A stretch of DNA of 32,000 nt from Phycisphaera mikurensis NBRC 102666 (lineage in GTDB: Bacteria > Planctomycetota > Phycisphaerae > Phycisphaerales > Phycisphaeraceae): contig NC_017080.1 of assembly GCF_000284115.1 (NCBI RefSeq), forward strand, positions 150,001 to 182,000, given 5' to 3'. The position numbers and the translations under genes were made by a program. This document shows, in pieces, positions 19,498 through 26,608 of the stretch. A model generated the notes under the pieces. That model had not been told where the DNA came from, did no database searches, and was given only the letters and a program-made list of their open reading frames with translations. Each line of letters begins with the position of its first letter. Positions within the stretch are counted from its first letter, which is position 1.

Positions 19498-19697
19498 GGA
19501 GGTTTCTAGCGGATGGCGCAGACGGAAGCCGCGGGCGTCCCGGCCGGGCCCAGGCACGCCGAGCGGCCGCACCGTCCGGCGGCAGCGATCCTCCCGGAGA
19601 GGCCGGCCTCTGGATCGGGGCGGCTTCCGGATCCGCGGATCGTTGCGCACTTCGCCGCCAAGAGCCGTCGGATCCGCGGGTCGGCGCACCCGAACGC

Positions 19698-21137
19698 TCA
19701 GTCCGGCCCGCGCCGGCGGGCCAGGGCCTCCGCTTCGGCCCGCGTGAGGGGCGCACGCTCCGGGCCGATCCGATGCTCCGGAGCCAGCGTGGACACCCGC
19801 GGGCGGTACTCGCCGGTCAGCCGGTCGGCGACGAGGCCCTCGGCGATGAGGTCGGCCTCGTCCCGCAGCCCCAGGTCCGGGACCGAGGCGGCGAAGCCGT
19901 CGAGCGCCCGCCGGTGCTCGGCCAGCGCAGCGGAATGCTCCGGATCGTCGGCCAGGTTCCGGAGGCAATCGGGATCGGCCCGGGCGTCGAACAGCTCCTC
20001 GGGTCGTTTGTTCACCGCCATGAAGAGCGCGGCGTCCCCGTGCAGCTCCCCCGCCGCGTGCAGGTCCCGCATCCGCTGGAGCGTCGGCTCGTGCTCCATG
20101 TACCCGTGGTGGCTCGCGTAGGGCAGCCCCGGGAATCCGTTGCGGATGTAGTGGTACCGCTTGGACCGCGCCACGCGGACGTGGTCGAAGTTCGCGTCCA
20201 TGCGGTCACGCCCGGCGAACACGAAGGCGCGGGGCTCCGCCCGCTCCTCGCCGAGGAAGACCCGCCCGTCGCCGCCCGGCGGGACCGGCACGCCCATCAG
20301 CGCGAGGATCGTCGGCGCGACGTCGACCCAGGCGACCAGGCGGTCGTCGACGGTCTCCGGCTCGATCACCCCCGGCCAGCGGACGATCAGCGGCAGGTGG
20401 ATCCCGGCGTCGTAGCACCAGCGTTTCTCGCGTGGCAGGCCGCGGCCGTGGTCGGTGAGGTAGATCACCAGCGTCTCGTCGGCGATGCCCGCGGCGTCGA
20501 GCGCGTCCAGCGCCCGGCCGATCTCCCGGTCCTGCATCAGCAGGTTGTCGTGGTAGCGGGCGACGTCGCGGCGGGTCTGGGGCGTGTCGGGCAGGTACGG
20601 CGGCACGGGGGCGGCGGCCGGGTCGTGGAGCTCGTCGGCGCCGAGGCTGGCGAGCGTGTCCGCGTAGGTCTTGCCTCCGTGGGGGTTCACGTCCCAGACG
20701 CGCGACTCGTGGGTCGCCGCGAAGTTGCGGTAGAAGAAGGCCGGCCCGGCGGGCGGGCTGCCCGCCAGCGTCTCCAGCCAGTCGTCGGTGGTGTCGGCGA
20801 AGCCGGCGGGCGGCTCGAAGTTGAAGTCGGTCTTCGTCGGCCAGGCGACGTGGATGCCGGCTTCGCGCAGCGCGTGCGTGAACAGCCGCGGCGGGTCGAG
20901 CAGTGTCGACCGCATGGCGTGCGTGCCGATCGCCCACGGGTAGCGGCCGGTGACCAGCCCGCTGCGTGAGGGCGCGCAGACCGGCGAGTGGGTGAAGGCT
21001 TGGGTGAACCGGCAGCCTCCCGAGGCGAGCCGGTCGAGGTTCGGCGTCGTCGCGTAGCCGTTGCCGTAGCAGCCGAGGTGGAGCCCGGTGTCTTCGCCGA
21101 CGAGCAGCATCACGTGCTTGGGGCAGGAGGTGGCCAT
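19698..21137 (-). CDS. Type I sulfatase family protein
   Basis: KHVMLLVGEDTGLHLGCYGNGYATTPNLDRLASGGCRFTQAFTHSPVCAPSRSGLVTGRYP. CxPSR formylglycine motif (CAPSR), and YLTDHGRGLPREKRWCYDAGIHLPLIVRWPG. Confidence 0.93.
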   Translation of the reverse strand: MATSCPKHVMLLVGEDTGLHLGCYGNGYATTPNLDRLASGGCRFTQAFTHSPVCAPSRSGLVTGRYPWAIGTHAMRSTLLDPPRLFTHALREAGIHVAWPTKTDFNFEPPAGFADTTDDWLETLAGSPPAGPAFFYRNFAATHESRVWDVNPHGGKTYADTLASLGADELHDPAAAPVPPYLPDTPQTRRDVARYHDNLLMQDREIGRALDALDAAGIADETLVIYLTDHGRGLPREKRWCYDAGIHLPLIVRWPGVIEPETVDDRLVAWVDVAPTILALMGVPVPPGGDGRVFLGEERAEPRAFVFAGRDRMDANFDHVRVARSKRYHYIRNGFPGLPYASHHGYMEHEPTLQRMRDLHAAGELHGDAALFMAVNKRPEELFDARADPDCLRNLADDPEHSAALAEHRRALDGFAASVPDLGLRDEADLIAEGLVADRLTGEYRPRVSTLAPEHRIGPERAPLTRAEAEALARRRGPD

Positions 21138-21609
21138 GAGAGCGGAGCCGCTCCGCCGGAGGCGGGGGGTGCGACGAACGTACCGGCTCCCTCCGCATCC
21201 CCAGCCCGGCCGGACCGAGGGCGGCGACGCCGCTTGCGGCGGCACCCGCGGACCGCGACTCCTGGCAGCCATCGGGGACGACGGTCCTCGGAATCGATCG
21301 CCCCCCCGGCGCTGCGTCTCGCCCGAACCGCCGCGGCGGCCTCGGGATCCCGGCGGACGGCTACCGCCTGGAACCGTCGGAGCCACCCGCAAAGAGCCCC
21401 TCGCCGGCCTCGCCCGCCTCGAAGCCCACGTGGTCGGCGCCGGCCTTGGTGAGGGCCGTGCGGAGGCCCGAGGTGCATCGCAGCAACCGCCGCACCTTCC
21501 GCGGGAGAGTTCCCGCCTCCGGGCAGGCGCGATGGAGCCATTGAACCCGAACGCAGATCGTCCACAGGTGTCTCGCCGAGCCGGGCCGCAGACCCGTAGA
21601 TTTGCCCGC

Positions 21610-24600
21610 GTGAGCGACGCCTTCTTCCAACGACCGATCCTCAACTCGCCGTACGAGCGACCCACGAAGCACTGGGAGCTGGCGGCCGACGGTCAACCGA
21701 CGCAAAAGGAACGAGACGGCCGCCGGGAGGTCCGCTTCGTCACGCCCATCCCGGCCCCCCGGAAGAAGAGCGGCCAGGAAGGCCTCGGCTTCAACGAAGC
21801 CGAGGAGCTCACCGACGGCGAGCAGCGGTACGAGAAGACCGCCGAGACGATCCGCACGGTCCGGCGCCGCGTGGACGCGTGGCGGAAGCTGCCCGAGACG
21901 CAGTGGAAAGTCACGCCCGAGACCGCCCGCCTGCTGCACCACTGGCGGCGGCCCCAGGAGCACTGGGACGGCCCCCGGCCCTTCTTCTGCCAGCGGGAAG
22001 CGGCCGAGGTCGCGATCTGGCTCACCGAGGTGGCTCCGCAGTCGGGCGTCGAGGCGAAGGCCCTGCTGGAGTTCCTGCACGACGCCAACGAGGGCGCGAA
22101 CCCCGGCCTGCCGCGCCTCGCCCTCAAGCTCGCCACCGGCGCCGGCAAGACCACCGTCATGGCGATGCTGATCGCGTGGCAGACCGTGAACGCCGCCCGT
22201 CGGCCCAGCTCCAAGAACTTCACGCGGGGCTTCCTGATCGTGACGCCGGGGCTGACCATCAAGGACCGCTTACGCGTCCTGCAGCCCAACGACCCGGACA
22301 ACTACTACGAGACCCGCGGGCTGGTCCCGCGCGACCTCCTGCCCGAGGTCCGCAAGGCCACCGTGGTCATCACCAACTACCACACCTTCCAGCTGCGCGA
22401 GACGATGGAGGTGAGCCGGGGCGGCCGGGCCCTCCTGCAGGGCCGCACCGGCGAGGAGATCTCCTCGAAGGAGACGCCCGGCCAGATGCTCCGCCGCGTG
22501 CTCGGTTCGCTGATGGGCCTGCGCGGGTTGGTCGTCATCAACGACGAGGCGCACCACTGCTACCGCGGCAAGCCCGAGGAACAGACCGAGGAGGGCAAGC
22601 TCACCGGCGACGAGCTGCAGGACGCCAAGAGCAACGACGAGGCCGCCCGCGTGTGGATCTCCGGGCTGGAGACCGTGCACGAGCACCTGAAGCTCGCGCG
22701 GATCTACGACCTCTCCGCCACGCCCTTCTTCCTGCGCGGCAGCGGCTACGCCGAGGGCACCCTGTTCCCATGGACGATGAGCGACTTCTCGCTGATGGAC
22801 GCCATCGAGTGCGGCATCGTGAAGCTGCCGCGGGTGCCCGTGGCCGACAACCTCGCCGGCGCTGAGCAGTCCGAGATGCCGAAGTTGCGGGAGTTGTGGA
22901 AGCACATCGGCAAAGCGATGCCCAAGGGCAACCGCAAGAACAGCAAGCTCGACCCCGAAGACCTCCCGCTGCTGCTGCAGACCGCGCTCCAAGCGCTCTA
23001 CGGCCACTACGAGAAGACCCACGCCAAGTGGGAGCAGGCCGCCAGGCGGCGCGGCAAGCGCAGGTGGATCCCCCCCTGCTTCATCGTCGTGTGCAACAAC
23101 ACCGCGACCAGCAAGCTGGTGCACGACTGGATCGCCGGCTGGACCGCCACCGACGAGGACGGCAACGAAGCCCCCCGCTTCGGCCGGCTGGAGCTGTTCC
23201 GCAACACGGACGGGTACGGCCAGCCCCTCGCCCGCCCGCGCACGCTGCTCATCGACTCCGCCCAGCTGGAGAGCGGCGAAGCCATCGACAAGGATTTCCG
23301 CGAGGCCGCGGCCGACGAGATCGATCGGTTCCGCCAGGCGGAGCTCGACCGCGGCCGGTCCGCCGCCGAGGTGGAGACCTTCTCCGACGCCGACCTGCTC
23401 CGCGAGGTGATGAACACCGTGGGCCAGGAGGGCGGGCTGGGCGAGCAGGTCCGCTGCGTGGTCTCGGTCGCGATGCTGACCGAGGGCTGGGACGCCAACA
23501 ACGTCACCCACGTGCTCGGCGTGCGGGCCTTCGGCACCCAGCTGCTCTGCGAGCAGGTGATGGGCCGGGCCCTGCGCCGCCAGAGCTACCAGCTCGGCGA
23601 CGACGGGCTCTTCGGCGTGGAGTACGCCGACGTGCTGGGCATCCCCTTCGACTTCACCGCCGAGCCGGTCGTCGCCCCGGTGCAGGACCTGCCGCAGCGG
23701 ACGCTGGTCCGGGCCGTCAAGCCCGAGCGTGATCCGCTCGCCATCCGCTTCCCCCACGTTCGCGGCTACCGCACCGACTTCCCCGACGAGACGCTCAAGG
23801 TCAGCTTCCGCCCCGAAGATTCGGTTCTCAAGCTCACCCCCGAGCTGGTCGGGCCGACCATCACGCAGAACGCCGGCATCATCGGCGAGGCCGCGCACCT
23901 GGACCTCTCCCACACCGCCGACACGCGGAAGGGCACCATCCTGATGCACCTCGCGAGCCACCTGGTGACCACGAAGCTCAAGGGCGAGGGAGGCCGGCCG
24001 AACTTCCACCTGCTGCCGCGGGCGAAGGCGATCTGCAGCGATTGGATGGACGGCTACCTGAAGTGCGTCGGTGGCACGCACCCGGCGCAGCTGCTCTACA
24101 AGCCGCTGGCGGAGGACGCCTGCCAGAAGATTTTCAACGCCATCACCCGCGGCGCCGGCGAGGCCCCCGTCCTCGCCGTGCTGGATCCCTACAACCCCGA
24201 GGGCTCGACCGCGTCGGTGCACTTCCAGACGTCGAAGCAGGATTTGTGGGACACCGCCGGCTTCGGCGGGGTCGAGGCGCCGGAGGAGTCACCCGAATCT
24301 CCCTCCCCCGCCTGCCGCAACCACGTCAGCCACGTCGTGCTCGACTCCGGCTGGGAGGCCGAGTTCTGCCGCGTCGCCGAGACCCACCCCCGCGTCCTCC
24401 GCTACGTGAAGAACCACGGCCTGGGGCTGGAGATCCCGTACCGGTTCCAGGGGCAACCCCGCCGCTACCGCCCCGACTTCGTCGTCGTCCTCAACGACGG
24501 GAATGGGGCCGAAGACCCCCTCCACTTGCTCGTCGAGGTCAAGGGCTACCGCACCGAGGACGCCAAGGAGAAGCGCCAGGCCGCCGAGACCTTCTGGGTC

Positions 24601-24768
24601 CCGGGCGTCAACCGCCTCGGCGGCTTCGGCCGCTGGGCCTTCGCCGAGTTCGGCAACGTCTTCGCCATGCAGGAGGACTTCGCCGCGGAGGTGGAGAAGA
24701 ACTTTGAAGCGATGGTGGAGGGGGCGTGCGGTCAACCCGCCCACCTAGGAGGCCCCGCCCATGCCTGA
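21610..24768 (+). CDS. Type III-like restriction enzyme subunit (BPTD_3080-like): SF2 helicase with a C-terminal PD-(D/E)XK-like nuclease motif
   Basis: GTG start at 21610 (VSDAFFQRPILNSPYERPTKHWELAADGQPTQKERDGRREVRFVTPIPAPRK). Walker A KLATGAGKTTVMAMLIAW, motif II VVINDEAHHCYRG, motif VI-like FGTQLLCEQVMGRALRRQSY, C-terminal YRPDFVVVLND...LHLLVEVKGY. The ORF track extends upstream to 21088, but that segment is low complexity and overlaps the divergent sulfatase start. Confidence 0.92.
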   Translation: MSDAFFQRPILNSPYERPTKHWELAADGQPTQKERDGRREVRFVTPIPAPRKKSGQEGLGFNEAEELTDGEQRYEKTAETIRTVRRRVDAWRKLPETQWKVTPETARLLHHWRRPQEHWDGPRPFFCQREAAEVAIWLTEVAPQSGVEAKALLEFLHDANEGANPGLPRLALKLATGAGKTTVMAMLIAWQTVNAARRPSSKNFTRGFLIVTPGLTIKDRLRVLQPNDPDNYYETRGLVPRDLLPEVRKATVVITNYHTFQLRETMEVSRGGRALLQGRTGEEISSKETPGQMLRRVLGSLMGLRGLVVINDEAHHCYRGKPEEQTEEGKLTGDELQDAKSNDEAARVWISGLETVHEHLKLARIYDLSATPFFLRGSGYAEGTLFPWTMSDFSLMDAIECGIVKLPRVPVADNLAGAEQSEMPKLRELWKHIGKAMPKGNRKNSKLDPEDLPLLLQTALQALYGHYEKTHAKWEQAARRRGKRRWIPPCFIVVCNNTATSKLVHDWIAGWTATDEDGNEAPRFGRLELFRNTDGYGQPLARPRTLLIDSAQLESGEAIDKDFREAAADEIDRFRQAELDRGRSAAEVETFSDADLLREVMNTVGQEGGLGEQVRCVVSVAMLTEGWDANNVTHVLGVRAFGTQLLCEQVMGRALRRQSYQLGDDGLFGVEYADVLGIPFDFTAEPVVAPVQDLPQRTLVRAVKPERDPLAIRFPHVRGYRTDFPDETLKVSFRPEDSVLKLTPELVGPTITQNAGIIGEAAHLDLSHTADTRKGTILMHLASHLVTTKLKGEGGRPNFHLLPRAKAICSDWMDGYLKCVGGTHPAQLLYKPLAEDACQKIFNAITRGAGEAPVLAVLDPYNPEGSTASVHFQTSKQDLWDTAGFGGVEAPEESPESPSPACRNHVSHVVLDSGWEAEFCRVAETHPRVLRYVKNHGLGLEIPYRFQGQPRRYRPDFVVVLNDGNGAEDPLHLLVEVKGYRTEDAKEKRQAAETFWVPGVNRLGGFGRWAFAEFGNVFAMQEDFAAEVEKNFEAMVEGACGQPAHLGGPAHA

Positions 24769-26464
24769 ACATGAATCCGATCCCGTCGTGGTCGAACTTC
24801 TCGCTGCCGTCGAGCACGAAGATCTCGATTTCAAGAAGGCCGAGCGCAGCTTCTCGAAACAGGACCTGCAGGACTACGCCTCCGGGCTCTCCAACATGGA
24901 GGGCGGCCGGCTGATCCTCGGGATCACCGGGCGACGGCCACGGCGTGTCGCTGGCTCCAGCGCCTTCGAGCGGGACTTGGAGCAGCAAGCCCGCGACCTC
25001 GAGAACGCGATCCACGTCTCGATTCGACCCGAAGAGAGATGTCACTTCGGCAAGCGGGTCGTGATTTTCCACATCGCCAAACACCGACTCGGCGTTCCAA
25101 CCTCCAACGGTCGCGGCGGAGCGAAGATGCGTCGGAACGAGGAACTGATCGACCTCACCGAGGAGCGGCGACACGAGATCTGGAATGAGAACTCTGAAGA
25201 CTTCACGGCGCGAACCTGCGCCGGAGCCACGCTGGAGGACCTTGATCCCGAAAGCATCAAGGTCTTTCGTGAAAAGTGGATGGACCGGCTCTCGGGCTCC
25301 AGCCAAAAACGAGATCGCCGCGCGGCGGAGCGTCGAGCGGGTCTTTCAGCCGGCGACTTTCTCGCCGAAGTGGACCTGCTGAGGCCGGAGGGGCCGACCT
25401 ATGCGGCGATGATCCTCTTGGCCACGAGAGCTGCCTTGACCCGCCACCTTGGCAACGCCGAGATCATCTTCGAGTACCGCAGCGGCAGGGCCGCTGGTCC
25501 CGCTGCGGACCGGTTGAACCTGCGGGAGGGCCTGATCGGCTGTTTCGACGAACTCTGGGAGCGGATCAACCTGCGAAACGAACTACAGAGCGTCCAGGAA
25601 GGCCTCTTCCGCGAGCCCATTCCTACGTTTCAGGAAGAACCGATCCGCGAGGTCATGCTCAACGCCGTCGCCCATCGCGACTACACCCACCAAGGCAGCG
25701 TGATGATCAGGCAGTACCCGCGCGAACTGCGGTGTCAGAGCCCCGGCGGCCTTCCACGCGGCGTCACCCTCGCCAACATCTCGGACAGTTCCGTCCCACG
25801 GAACCGCCGGCTGATGGAGGCGCTCCAGGGCTGCGGACTCGTGGAGCGATCCGGCCAGGGCATCGACTTGATGTTCGCATCGTCGGTTCTGGACACCAAG
25901 CCGCTGCCCGATTTTGCCGGCACGGATGCGGACACCGTCGTGGTCACCCTCGGCGGCTCCATCACCTCGCCCGCGTCGATCCTGGCGCTACGCAAGATCG
26001 CCGAGGAACACGGGAGCAACCTCGGGACCGAGGACTTCCGCACGCTCCACCACATCGGCCGCCAAGAACCCGTGCCCGCCGACCTCCAGGTCAGCGCGAG
26101 GCACCTGTTGGACCTCGGGATCGTCGAGTCGCTCGGAGCGGGGAAAGGCCGGCGATTCATCCTCGGCCGGAACTACCGAAAGCTCACCGGCGACCTTGAG
26201 AAGTACACCCAGGAGCGAGGGCTGGACCGGGAGCAGAACGTCCAGCTCCTCTTAAAGCACCTACAGCACTGCGGGAGCGAAGGAGCACAGATCAGCGACC
26301 TTCAGAAGGTTATCCCGGCGCTGAGCCGCGGTCAGATCAAGGCAAGGCTGGCCACGCTCGCCGAGCGTCACCTGGCGCGGCTGGGAACCTCCGACGGGCG
26401 GCTCAGGCGTGGACACCACGCCCGCTGGTTCGTCGTGGAAGACGGTGTGGACGCGGATGATTGA
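24761..26464 (+). CDS. AlbA_2 (Schlafen-like) domain ATP-binding protein, RecG-related C-terminal region
   Basis: EHEDLDFKKAERSFSKQDLQDYASGLSNMEGGRLILGI (AlbA_2 pattern) and EEPIREVMLNAVAHRDYTHQGSVMIRQYPRELRCQSPGGLPRGVT...NRRLMEALQGCGLVERSGQGIDLMF (HATPase_c_4-like). TAGGAGG precedes the ATG; overlaps the upstream CDS by 8 nt. Confidence 0.88.
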   Translation: MPEHESDPVVVELLAAVEHEDLDFKKAERSFSKQDLQDYASGLSNMEGGRLILGITGRRPRRVAGSSAFERDLEQQARDLENAIHVSIRPEERCHFGKRVVIFHIAKHRLGVPTSNGRGGAKMRRNEELIDLTEERRHEIWNENSEDFTARTCAGATLEDLDPESIKVFREKWMDRLSGSSQKRDRRAAERRAGLSAGDFLAEVDLLRPEGPTYAAMILLATRAALTRHLGNAEIIFEYRSGRAAGPAADRLNLREGLIGCFDELWERINLRNELQSVQEGLFREPIPTFQEEPIREVMLNAVAHRDYTHQGSVMIRQYPRELRCQSPGGLPRGVTLANISDSSVPRNRRLMEALQGCGLVERSGQGIDLMFASSVLDTKPLPDFAGTDADTVVVTLGGSITSPASILALRKIAEEHGSNLGTEDFRTLHHIGRQEPVPADLQVSARHLLDLGIVESLGAGKGRRFILGRNYRKLTGDLEKYTQERGLDREQNVQLLLKHLQHCGSEGAQISDLQKVIPALSRGQIKARLATLAERHLARLGTSDGRLRRGHHARWFVVEDGVDADD

Positions 26465-26608
26465 ATGGAGTTTTTCTTCCCGCGACATGTCATTGAAGCG
26501 TCCTTCATTGACAGAAAAACCTCGCCAACAGCCTCCTGAGGGCGATTTCAATGGTGGATCCAACGACGCCACCACTCATTGACCCACCATTGACCCCGGA
26601 CCCCGACC

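Noticed and set aside
21088-21609. Upstream extension of the Res-like ORF and short minus-strand ORFs in the divergent spacer
   Set aside because: The peptide is low-complexity Arg/Pro-rich and overlaps the sulfatase start. Recognisable Res homology begins at VSDAFFQRPILNSPYERPTKHWE (GTG 21610).
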